NCBI GenBank assembly: GCA_963422305.1
Contig: OY729422.1
Coordinates: 4,267,985 to 4,331,984, forward strand
Reading direction: 5' to 3'
Origin: Bryobacterales bacterium
GTDB lineage: Bacteria > Acidobacteriota > Terriglobia > Bryobacterales > UBA6623
DNA: 64,000 bases
The notes under the pieces: model-generated
Told to the model about the DNA's origin: nothing
Databases searched by the model: none
Seen by the model: only the letters and a program-made list of their open reading frames with translations
Shown: piece by piece, positions 21,653-30,475 of the stretch
How positions within the stretch are numbered: the first letter of the stretch is position 1
Layout: each line of letters opens with the position of its first letter
Made by a program: the position numbers and the translations under genes

Positions 21653-24355
21653 TTACCGGTCGAGATCCCTTTCGATACTCGTCAGCTCGTCAGCCAGTTG
21701 CTGCGCCTGCCTGCGCAAAACGGACAAACGTTCCGCGAGCGAGCGGACGCGCCCGTCCGAGCTCTGCCCGGCGGTCTCTTCGGCCATCGCCGCCGCTTCC
21801 GTAATCGCCGAGGCCGTCTGCAAGTCTCCATCGCTCAGCTTGGCCAAAGCCTGCTCGAACGTATCCTCGTAAACCAGTTGTTCGCCCATCGCCAGCACGA
21901 CTTTCCGCAACTGCGGCATGCGCGCCGTCTCGGCCTGGATGTAAATCGACTCGACGTAAAGGAAGTTGTCGCCCACCGGCAACGCGATTATCTCTCCCCT
22001 GAGCACGCGCGAGCCCTGCTGGTTCCACAAGGTCAGATCTCTGGCGATCTGCTGCTCCTGATTGATCTTCGCTTCGACCTGGTTTGGTCCGAAAGCCAAT
22101 TCCTGTTTCGAGAGTTGATAGAAAATCAATTCTCCCAGCGCATCGCCGTCGCAGCGCGCAGCCATCCAGCCGTTCAAATTGTCTTTGTTGCGCGGCGTGA
22201 AAGGCAGCATCAACAGGAATTCCGGCTCGGTCTCGTCCGGCAGCATCGCCACGATATACGTTGGGCGCATCCGCTCGGCCGCTCCAGTGTCGCCCGCGAG
22301 GCTCTTACCTACGTCCCAGATGTCTTCCTTGTTGTAAAAAACCGACGGATCGCGCATATGGAACGTCCGATAAATCTCGGCCTGAACATCGAACATCGTC
22401 TCCGGATAGCGGACGTGCTCCCGTATCGTCGGCGGCATCTCGGATGACGGCTTGAACAACTCCGGGAAGAGGTTGGCGTAAGCCGACACTATCGGGTCGC
22501 TCTCATCGAACAGGTACAGCGTCGTCGTGCCGTGGTAGGCGTCCACCGTAGCCTTGACCGAGTTGCGGATATAGTTGATGCTCTCTCCGAATAGGTTCAC
22601 ACCCACCGGCTGCGAGTACGGATGCACGTTCGACGTCGTGTACCCGTCCACGATCCAGACCAAGCGGCCTTCGGCGGTGATGACCATATAGGGGTCCGCA
22701 TCCCATTCGATGAACGCCGCCAGATGAGCCAGTCGTTCCTCCACATTGCGATGGATCATCATACGGCTCGCGTCGTTGGTCAAGCCGGTGAACAGGATGT
22801 TGTACTCGCTCGTGCTGACGGCGGCGGCCAGACGCATCAGGATCGAATCGATGGGGAAACCGCCCCGCCCAGAATAATTCGACATGACATTCTGGTTTTC
22901 TTCCGGGTAGTCGAACTCTTCCTGATCGGTGCCGACGAACACCGGGTCGTGAGTCAGCTCGCCGTAGTAGATTTCGGGCTGTTCGATCCTGATCTCCGGG
23001 ACTTTGATGACCGGCGGCGCGTCCTGGATCAGCAATACCGGCAACCCTTGCGAGGTCGTGCGGTTGACCTCGGAGGCAACCACGCCGTAGCCGTGCGTAT
23101 AAACGAAGTGGCGGTTGATCCAGTTATGGGCTTCGCTCGACAGCGCATCGATGTCGATCTCTCGGGGCGACAGCATGACTTGCTTCACCTTGCCGTCGAT
23201 GCGGTAGCGGTCGATATCCATATCGGCGAAACGGTAGTAGAGCCGCAGCGCCTGAATCTGACCGATGGTGTCGGTGTACGCTTTTTCGTCCCACAGACGG
23301 ATGTTGTCGATCAGCGTAGCGTTCGCTTCGACGTCGAGCCCGCCGGCATTCGCGAGCGAGAAAGGTCTTTCGGTTCCCGAATCGATGCCGTACGCCCGGC
23401 GGGTCGCTTGGATGTGCCGATCGATGTAGTCCAGCTCCAGTTTGAGCTCGTTCGGCCGCACATAGAGCGCCTGCACCACCAGCGGGATAACCGCATGCGC
23501 GGCAATCGCGCCGCCGACCAGAATCGCCGCGGGCTTGTATCGAGACAAGGCAATCAGCGGAACCGCCAACAGCAGCGCGATAACCACCATCCAACGCAAT
23601 GGCAGCCGGTAAACCTCATCGAGATAGTCGAGACCCACCATGAACGAATGGTCGTTCAACAGAAGTCCGTATTGACCAAGGAAAAACCAGGCCGCCCCCG
23701 CGAGCAGCGCGATGACGGCGATAGTTTTCGCGAAGCCGGTCCGCGTGGCGCCCGCGAGCAACAGCGGCTGTGGGCCGATGTCGAATTCTTCGATCGGTTG
23801 CCCTGTGCCGCGAAAACGGAGCAAACGTTCGAATATCTGCCAGCCACGCCCTGTCGCCCAAAAAACCACCGTGGCGAACAGCGCCAGCAGAAACAGATAC
23901 CGCACCAGCAGTTTCAAGAACGGCAGATCGAACAGATAAAACGCCAGTTCTCTGCCGAAAACCGGATCGACCCAATTCTCGGCCGTCGCCGCGATGCCGC
24001 GGGACCCCACATAGGCCATCACCGTCCAAGATTCGATGGACGAACCGATGAAAGTCACCGCGAGAACCAACAAGCCCACCGGCGTCAGCTTGCGGTAGAG
24101 CGGATAGGAAGCAAGATCCACTCCCGCGAACGCCGCGCCGCGCCCATGCGCCCAAAGCAGCGCGGCCCAGGCCAACAGCGCGGCCGCCGCCGCCGGAAGA
24201 ATCTTGTAGAGCAGAATGCTGAACCAAGTCGGAACCTGCTCGACCTCCGACCACCACTGGTACTCGATGGCGAAACCGGCAATTCCCGTCGCGCTGGTAA
24301 TTACCGCCAGCAGCGCGGCGAACATCAAAATCAGGCGTAGTTGAGAAGGAGGCAT
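21653..24355 (-). CDS. UPF0182 family membrane protein
   Basis: DPVFGRELAFYLFDLPF, NIRLWD, YTHGYG, NYIRNSVKATVDAY, LWNQQGSRVLRG. Confidence 0.93.
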   Translation of the reverse strand: MPPSQLRLILMFAALLAVITSATGIAGFAIEYQWWSEVEQVPTWFSILLYKILPAAAAALLAWAALLWAHGRGAAFAGVDLASYPLYRKLTPVGLLVLAVTFIGSSIESWTVMAYVGSRGIAATAENWVDPVFGRELAFYLFDLPFLKLLVRYLFLLALFATVVFWATGRGWQIFERLLRFRGTGQPIEEFDIGPQPLLLAGATRTGFAKTIAVIALLAGAAWFFLGQYGLLLNDHSFMVGLDYLDEVYRLPLRWMVVIALLLAVPLIALSRYKPAAILVGGAIAAHAVIPLVVQALYVRPNELKLELDYIDRHIQATRRAYGIDSGTERPFSLANAGGLDVEANATLIDNIRLWDEKAYTDTIGQIQALRLYYRFADMDIDRYRIDGKVKQVMLSPREIDIDALSSEAHNWINRHFVYTHGYGVVASEVNRTTSQGLPVLLIQDAPPVIKVPEIRIEQPEIYYGELTHDPVFVGTDQEEFDYPEENQNVMSNYSGRGGFPIDSILMRLAAAVSTSEYNILFTGLTNDASRMMIHRNVEERLAHLAAFIEWDADPYMVITAEGRLVWIVDGYTTSNVHPYSQPVGVNLFGESINYIRNSVKATVDAYHGTTTLYLFDESDPIVSAYANLFPELFKPSSEMPPTIREHVRYPETMFDVQAEIYRTFHMRDPSVFYNKEDIWDVGKSLAGDTGAAERMRPTYIVAMLPDETEPEFLLMLPFTPRNKDNLNGWMAARCDGDALGELIFYQLSKQELAFGPNQVEAKINQEQQIARDLTLWNQQGSRVLRGEIIALPVGDNFLYVESIYIQAETARMPQLRKVVLAMGEQLVYEDTFEQALAKLSDGDLQTASAITEAAAMAEETAGQSSDGRVRSLAERLSVLRRQAQQLADELTSIERDLDR

Positions 24356-24403
24356 CGTTCTTATAGGGTAGCCCTTTACAGGCGGACGCGGTAAAATAGA
24401 TCC

Positions 24404-24634
24404 ATGCCGATCTTCGAATATCACTGCACCGACTGTGACACCCAATTCGAGGCGCTTGTGATGGGCGCCGCTGCCGAGCCTAAGAATTGCGATTGCGGCA
24501 GCGGCGCAATCGAGAAAGTTTATTCCTCATTTTCTGCCCACGCCCATAACGGCGCGCCCGAAGCCTGCGTGACGCCCTCCGAGTGCCGCAGCGACACGGG
24601 CGGCTGCATGGGCGGCATGTGCGGCATGAACTGA
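24404..24634 (+). CDS. FmdB-family zinc ribbon protein
   Basis: MPIFEYHCTDC...CDCGS, Cys-rich tail. Confidence 0.88.
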   Translation: MPIFEYHCTDCDTQFEALVMGAAAEPKNCDCGSGAIEKVYSSFSAHAHNGAPEACVTPSECRSDTGGCMGGMCGMN

Positions 24635-24860
24635 AAGCGGACGTTACCTCTTTCCAGGAACGGCCGATAGATGCGTCGCCGGTACCGTTTCGCGTCCCTG
24701 AGCTCCGCAAGCCGTTCGAACCAAGTCGATAATTGATCCATCTCAGTTCAAACAGGCTATGGCGCTCTTTTGATTTGCTGTACCCGTTCGATGCGATATA
24801 GGGTTAGTAAGGATCGGGAGAGAAGCCACGCAAATTTCTAAGGGAGGTGTCCGGTGGTAG

Positions 24861-25520
24861 GTGGCCATTGCGGTCGGAGCGGTCTGCGTTGCCCTGCTGC
24901 CGGCGAACATGCCGGCCGAGGAAACGCCGGTAGAGATTACAAAACAGCAGGCCGCTCTGCATAAGGCAACTACGGAACACAACTACAACCGGGCAATCGA
25001 ACCGGCCCGGAGCGTAAGAACGCTGGATTTCATGGGTCCGGGCGGAACCACCGTGCTTTGCGAAGCGGTGTACGACAGTGCGACGGATGCATACGATCTC
25101 GTTTCCGAGTTGCTGAAGCTGGGCGCTGAACCGAATCCAAGATACGGCTCCGAGCAGGCCGAAACGCCCTTGTATCTCGCGGCGTTGGCCGGCAATCTCG
25201 CAGTGGTCGACTTGCTGATCAGGTACGGAGCAGAGATCGCACCGAAGGTTGAACCGGTGTATTACGCACCGATCTACGGAGCGTGTATGCGCGACGACAA
25301 ACGAGTGATCGAGCGTCTGGAACAGAACGGCGCGACCATGTCGAAGAAGCACCGGGATAACATCCGGCGCATGCAAGCCGTGACGGACATTCTGGCTCTG
25401 CAACCGGTGAAGGTCCCGGAAGGCATGGATGCCGAGGAGTGGAAAAACATCCAATTAGAGGCCGCCAAAGAAAAAGTTTACGGTCCGCTGGGAACGTTCA
25501 ATTTAACCGTGCGGCCATAG
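24861..25520 (+). CDS. Putative secreted ankyrin-repeat protein
   Basis: Hydrophobic N-terminus; ankyrin-like repeats (VSELLKLGAEPN, ETPLYLAALAGNLAVVDLLIRYGA, APIYGAC..LEQNGA). Confidence 0.72.
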   Translation: MAIAVGAVCVALLPANMPAEETPVEITKQQAALHKATTEHNYNRAIEPARSVRTLDFMGPGGTTVLCEAVYDSATDAYDLVSELLKLGAEPNPRYGSEQAETPLYLAALAGNLAVVDLLIRYGAEIAPKVEPVYYAPIYGACMRDDKRVIERLEQNGATMSKKHRDNIRRMQAVTDILALQPVKVPEGMDAEEWKNIQLEAAKEKVYGPLGTFNLTVRP

Positions 25521-25830
25521 ACAAATTCAATGTTCAGTCAAGAAGTATGAGAAAGAAAAAGGTAGGACCGGGGCAGGAACATAAACCTTGCGGGCGGGAG
25601 ACGCGCTTGAGAGCGGCAGCAGACGCCAGTGCATGGCCGGCCGGAAAGCGCGCTCGCGGTGCAAGGGCTGGACAACGTGGAGCAGTTCGCTTCAGTCGGC
25701 GACGAGCACGATCGCCTTAGCTTGGCGGAAAGCGTAGTACTTTATGGCGCGCTTGATGTCGGCTGCGTCCGCATCGTCTCTGCGTTACAATAAAGGTTTT
25801 CTCAATCTCAACCTCACTCGAAGGCGCATC

Positions 25831-27132
25831 ATGGAACCTCTCAAGCAACCGAAAACAACCACCCGCAGAAACTTTATGTCCGGCTCGACCAAAACCGCCG
25901 TCGCGACAGCCGCCGGATTCCAAATCGTCCGCCCCGAAACGCTCCACGGCCAGGTCAAGGAAAAAATGACGGTCGGCCTCGTCGGCTGCGGCGGGCGCGG
26001 CACGCGCGGCGTTGCCGAAGCGGTGCGCGGCAACCCGAACTACGAACTCAAGGCCATGGGCGACATTTTCGAGGACCAGCTCGAGACGTCCTTGCGCCGC
26101 CTGCGCGACTCCGACGAATTCGATCCCGAAATCCGTAAGCAAATTCAAGTCACGCCGGAAAACCGTTACATCGGTTTCGACGCCTACAAGAAAGTCATCG
26201 ACTCCGGCGTCGATATCGTCTTCCTGCATACGCCTCCCGGCTGGCGGCCTCTGCACTTCGAATACGCGGTCAACGCCGGCAAGCACATCTTCGCCGAGAA
26301 ACCGCTGGCGACGGATTGCATGGGCGCGCAAAAGATGATTCGCTTGGCAAAGGAATCTGAGGCCAAAAAGCTGACCGTTATGATCGGGGCGCAGCGCCGC
26401 TCGCAAAAAGAGTATGTGGAGTCGGTAAGACGCATCCAAGACGGCGAGATCGGCGATGTCGTCGCGACCTACGCCAACTGGATTTCGGGTCCGGTAATCA
26501 AGGGCGCAGATTTCGAGGAAAAGCTAGAAACCGAAACGCTCGCCTGGCAGCAGCGCTCCTGGTATTCCCATGTCTGGATTTGCGGCGACCAAATCGTCGA
26601 GCAGCACCTGCACAACATCGACGTCATCAACTGGGTGATGGGCGACACGCACCCGGTCAGCGTCGTCGCCTCCGGCGGGGCGGTCTGGCGTCCGCAAGAA
26701 AAGCTTTACGGCAATATCTATGACCACGTTTACGCCGACTTCGTTTACGCCAACGGTGTGCGCATGACGAGCCATTGCCGCCAGTACCCCGAACGCAAGG
26801 TCCGCCGCGTCAACGAACTGGTCGTCGGCACACGAGGCCGCTCGACGGTCCGGGACCTGGGCGTACCGTCGCAAACCAGCCCCTATGTGCAGGAGCACAT
26901 CGACATGCTGGCCTCGATTCAAGGCTCCGGTCCGTATCAGAACCGCGCCCTGGCAGTGGCTTACTCGACGATGACCGCCATTATGGGCCGCGAGTCGGCC
27001 TATTCCGGAATGGAGATCACCTGGGATATGGCCATGAACTCCAAGCAGAACCTGATCCCCGATAACCCGTCGCTGGACAGGAAATTCAAAGTCCAGCCGC
27101 TGCCGCGCCCCGGAGAGTACGAGTTCATTTAG
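25831..27132 (+). CDS. Gfo/Idh/MocA oxidoreductase, Tat signal
   Basis: TTRRNFM twin-Arg, GLVGCGGRG, FAEKPLA, EQHLHNID. Confidence 0.92.
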   Translation: MEPLKQPKTTTRRNFMSGSTKTAVATAAGFQIVRPETLHGQVKEKMTVGLVGCGGRGTRGVAEAVRGNPNYELKAMGDIFEDQLETSLRRLRDSDEFDPEIRKQIQVTPENRYIGFDAYKKVIDSGVDIVFLHTPPGWRPLHFEYAVNAGKHIFAEKPLATDCMGAQKMIRLAKESEAKKLTVMIGAQRRSQKEYVESVRRIQDGEIGDVVATYANWISGPVIKGADFEEKLETETLAWQQRSWYSHVWICGDQIVEQHLHNIDVINWVMGDTHPVSVVASGGAVWRPQEKLYGNIYDHVYADFVYANGVRMTSHCRQYPERKVRRVNELVVGTRGRSTVRDLGVPSQTSPYVQEHIDMLASIQGSGPYQNRALAVAYSTMTAIMGRESAYSGMEITWDMAMNSKQNLIPDNPSLDRKFKVQPLPRPGEYEFI

Positions 27133-27181
27133 AGCGGCATCGGGGGGCGGAGGCTCCCTGCAGCGCAAAGCGTCCGCAGGC

Positions 27182-28039
27182 ATGTCGCGGCAGAGAGGCG
27201 GAGCCGTGCAGACTCCCAGGAAATTCGCTATTACTCCGGAACTGAACGCCATCGAACGGCTCGACCGCTTGATCGCCTTTCACCCCGTGCGAACGACGGC
27301 GCCGGAAGTCCTGTCGCCGCGGCAGATCGCCGAGTACAACGCAAACGGATACTTGAGCGGCTTCCGTATCTTTTCGGGCTCGGAAATCAGGGACATCCGA
27401 TCACGGTTCGACAGGTTGCTCGCTGACGTTACGGCAGCCGGCGACGATAGTTACTCTATCAGTTCGGCCCACCTCAAGTACGCCGATGCCTACGACTTGC
27501 TGATCGACAAGCGCATCGTTTCGTATGTCGGCGACCTATTGGGCGAGAACGTGATCGGTTGGGGGGCGCACTATTTCTGCAAGATGCCCCGCGACGGCAA
27601 AAGCGTTTCGTGGCACCAGGACGCAAGCTATTGGCCGCTGACCCCGGCGCATACCGTCACCGTCTGGCTGGCCATCGACGACGCCGATGCCGAAAACGCC
27701 TGCATGCGCTTCATTCCGGGATCGCATCTGCGCGGACGCATCGCCTTCGAGAAAAGCGCGGAGGGCGAGTCGAACGTTCTCAATCAGACCGTCCCCGACA
27801 CCGGCCGCTTCGGCGCTCCCGTCGATAACGCGCTACAAGCCGGCGCAATCTCGCTGCATTCAGACCTGCTGCTGCACGGCTCGGACGCCAACGCCTCGGG
27901 TCGCCGCCGCTGCGGGCTCACACTGCGCTATTGCAATGCCGCGGTGCGCGCCTACCTCGACTGGAACCTGAAGGGAGTGGTCGTCCGCGGCGGCGACCCG
28001 GACAGGCACTGGGCGAACCCGGCGCGGCCGGGCGCGTAG
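27182..28039 (+). CDS. Phytanoyl-CoA dioxygenase (PhyH) family Fe(II)/2-OG oxygenase
   Basis: WHQDASYW (HxD), WLAIDDA, FIPGSH, HGS..N...RR. Confidence 0.92.
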   Translation: MSRQRGGAVQTPRKFAITPELNAIERLDRLIAFHPVRTTAPEVLSPRQIAEYNANGYLSGFRIFSGSEIRDIRSRFDRLLADVTAAGDDSYSISSAHLKYADAYDLLIDKRIVSYVGDLLGENVIGWGAHYFCKMPRDGKSVSWHQDASYWPLTPAHTVTVWLAIDDADAENACMRFIPGSHLRGRIAFEKSAEGESNVLNQTVPDTGRFGAPVDNALQAGAISLHSDLLLHGSDANASGRRRCGLTLRYCNAAVRAYLDWNLKGVVVRGGDPDRHWANPARPGA

Positions 28040-28080
28040 CCTTCCCTGCACATTCCGATTCGGTACACTAGTCGAACCTC

Positions 28081-29706
28081 ATGCTCGGCGCGGAACTGCG
28101 AATCCCCCTTCTCGACCTGGTCATCATCGTCGCCTACATGCTCGGTATTCTGGCCGTCGGGATTCTGTCCACGCGGCGCCAAAAGATGACCGGCGAGGCG
28201 TACTTTCTCGCCGGGCGTTCGCTCGGCTGGGTGATGATCGGCGCGGCACTGTTCGCCTCGAACATCTCGACGATCCACTTGGTGGGACTGGCGGCTTCGG
28301 GATACAACGAAGGTCTCGTCTGGGGGAATTTCGAATGGGCGGCGGCGTTTACGCTGATTGTCTTATCTCTATTCTTTGCGCCCTTCTACTTCCGCAACAA
28401 GATCGAAACGCTGCCCGAGTACCTTGAGCGGCGCTTCAATCCCGCCGCGCGTTCCTTCCTAGCGTTCATGGCGATTCTGGGCGCCGTGTTCATCCACATC
28501 GGCATGAGCCTCTATGCAGGCGCCAAAGTATTCGAGCAGTTCTTCGGCTTCGACGTGGTCATCTCAATCTTGATCATCTCGATCGTCACGGGCATCTATA
28601 CCGTCCTGGGCGGCCTGCGGGCCGTGGTCGTCACCGAAACCGTCCAGACTGTGCTGCTCGTCGGCGGATCGATCGTTGTGACGATCCTCGCGGTCATGGC
28701 CTTGCCCGAGCACGGCATCACGACCATGGCGGAGCTCAAGGCGGAGTTGCGTCCGCGTCAGTTGAGCATGATCTGGACCGATAACTCGGTCGGCCTCGCC
28801 TGGTATTCCGTGCTGCTCGGCTACCCCGTGCTGGGGATCTGGTACTGGTGTACGGATCAGACAATCGTGCAGCGTGTGCTGGCCGCGAAATCCGAGCGTG
28901 ACGCTCAAATCGGTCCGCTGTTCGCGGGTTTCATCAAGATACTGCCGATCTTCATCCTGGTGCTGCCGGGCGTCATCGGCTACGCACTTTACCGCGAGGA
29001 CATCGGCGCCGACGCGAACCAGGTATTGCCGACGTTGATTCAGCGGCTTGTGCCCAGCGGGCTCAAGGGCTTGATATCCGCAGGTCTATTGGCCGCGTTG
29101 ATGAGCACTATTGCCGCGGCTCTTAACAGTTGCGGTACGCTCTTCGCGGTGGATATCGTCGGCCGCCTCCGTCCGAATATTACCGATGCGGCACAGGTCC
29201 GCATCGGCCGCTGGAGCGCCGTTGCAGTAATGGCGCTAGCCATGCTCTGGTCGACGCAAGGCGACAAGTTCGGCAGCATTTTCGAGGCGGTTCAAGAGAT
29301 TGGCGCGGCTCTGGCGCCGGCCATCACGACCGTATTCCTATGGGGCGTCTTCTGGCGCAGGGGGACCGGGCAGGCCGCAGTTACAACGCTCGTCTTCGGT
29401 TTCATGATGGGCGCGACGGCGTTCATCCTCGATTTCAAAGACGCGCAAGGCTTCAAGACGATCACCGACGGCTGGGGAATCCCCTTCATGCTGCAAGCCT
29501 TCTACATGACGGTAATCTGCAGCGCGGTCTTCTTCGCAGTGAGCAAAATGACGCCGCCGCCGCCGGAGGAAAAGACCGCAGGCCTGACCTGGGAGAAACC
29601 GCTGAGCGCCCTCACGCGCCGGCGGCAAGGCGCAGGCCCGGACCCGCGACGCCTTGCCGCCGCCCTTTTCGCGACGATCTGCCTGCTCTACGTGGTCTTC
29701 CACTAA
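28081..29706 (+). CDS. Sodium:solute symporter (SLC5/SSS)
   Basis: YFLAGRSL, ASNISTIHLVGLA, YWCTDQTIVQRVLAAK, many TM helices. Confidence 0.95.
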   Translation: MLGAELRIPLLDLVIIVAYMLGILAVGILSTRRQKMTGEAYFLAGRSLGWVMIGAALFASNISTIHLVGLAASGYNEGLVWGNFEWAAAFTLIVLSLFFAPFYFRNKIETLPEYLERRFNPAARSFLAFMAILGAVFIHIGMSLYAGAKVFEQFFGFDVVISILIISIVTGIYTVLGGLRAVVVTETVQTVLLVGGSIVVTILAVMALPEHGITTMAELKAELRPRQLSMIWTDNSVGLAWYSVLLGYPVLGIWYWCTDQTIVQRVLAAKSERDAQIGPLFAGFIKILPIFILVLPGVIGYALYREDIGADANQVLPTLIQRLVPSGLKGLISAGLLAALMSTIAAALNSCGTLFAVDIVGRLRPNITDAAQVRIGRWSAVAVMALAMLWSTQGDKFGSIFEAVQEIGAALAPAITTVFLWGVFWRRGTGQAAVTTLVFGFMMGATAFILDFKDAQGFKTITDGWGIPFMLQAFYMTVICSAVFFAVSKMTPPPPEEKTAGLTWEKPLSALTRRRQGAGPDPRRLAAALFATICLLYVVFH

Positions 29707-29721
29707 GCGCGACGGAAACCG

Positions 29722-29742
29722 CCGCTTGCCAAGCACAAGCGG
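29722..29742. terminator. Hairpin between the SSS gene and the mini-array, possible terminator
   Basis: Inverted repeat CCGCTTG-N7-CAAGCGG; no strong U-tract. Confidence 0.4.
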
Positions 29743-29753
29743 ACCGATCCTAC

Positions 29754-29840
29754 CAAACAATGAGGCCGGGCCTTGGGTCCCGGAGATGTGCGAGCAAAAC
29801 ACCGGGGAAGCCGACACTGCTAACGCTTCAATGAAGCCCT
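29754..29840 (-). CRISPR. Degenerate one-spacer mini-array (type I-G-like repeats), candidate crRNA-like regulator
   Basis: Minus strand: partial repeat ...GGGCTTCATTGAAGC (ends 29825), 35-nt spacer (29824-29790), then 36-nt repeat ACATCTCCGGGACCCAAGGCCCGGCCTCATTGTTTG with a CCGGG/CCCGG stem. The shared TCATTG cores are 71 nt apart; adjacent to I-G cas genes. Confidence 0.8.
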
Positions 29841-29871
29841 TATATCGTCTAGCTTGGCAAAATCAGGAGCA

Positions 29872-29901
29872 TTGAATAATCTTAGTTAGAAGTGTAGTAA
29901 T
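29872..29901 (+). promoter_or_regulatory. Putative cas operon promoter containing the mini-array target site
   Basis: AT-rich tract with -35-like TTGAAT (29872-29877) and -10-like TAGTAAT (29895-29901). Between them lie TTA (29882-29884) and GTTAGAAGTGTAG (29885-29897), matching the spacer 5' end GTTAGCAGTGTCG. Confidence 0.6.
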
Positions 29902-29927
29902 CAATCAATTACAGAGAGATATGAACC

Positions 29928-30475
29928 ATGACGCTTGATCTGCAAACCCTGAAAGAAGCAGTCGACGGGACTGCCGCGGCGTTCCGCTGCGTCACAGACT
30001 ACCAGCCGGCCGGCGGCTCCGGCGACAAGGTCTTCCCTCCGACTTACGAGGGCGGGAAATACGCCACAGAAGAGCGGTGCGATCCTGCGATCGGCGAGAC
30101 TCGAAAGTGCGTACTGCTGGATTCCGTACAGTCGCAAGCCAAACGCATGGAACTGACGTTACTTGAAGCGCACCGTACATACAGACAAAGTGTCGCTTCC
30201 CTTGATTGTGACGACCTTCGATCAGGAAGAATTGCCCAAAAAGTTCGCCGTGACCAGCTCGGAAGCGCCCCACCGCGCCGCGGACGCGCTCTTCCGCGAC
30301 AGCCTGTTCGTCGGCCTGATTTTCCGTAAGTCGAGCAAGTGTCGCATCCTCGATACGGTGGACGTGCGCAAAGCCGCGGGACTGTTCGGCCTCTGCCCTA
30401 CCGCGCTGATATTCGGATTGTGGGACTCGACCGGGCCGCGCGGCGGCTTGGGCGCCAAGTTTCAGCGGGCGTTCG
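29928..30475 (+). pseudogene. cas7: Type I-G (I-U) Cas7/Csb1, frameshifted and truncated
   Basis: YQPAGGSGDKVFPPTY, LLDSVQSQAKRME, APHRAADA, PTALIFGLWDSTG..GLGAKFQRA are Csb1/GSU0053 motifs. Frameshift by tandem TACA at 30176-30183; homology appears to stop near 30475. Confidence 0.9.

Noticed and set aside
24520-24741. Short minus ORF with faint RelE/addiction-toxin-like wording (WFERLAELRDAK...LERGN)
   Set aside because: Similarity is too weak, it overlaps the FmdB gene and there is no antitoxin partner
29707-29927. CreT-like toxin (CreTA addiction module) next to the mini-array
   Set aside because: Little space and no SD/rare-codon mini-ORF recognised. The match lies in the cas upstream region, and the cas genes were lost without apparent lethality, which favours auto-repression.
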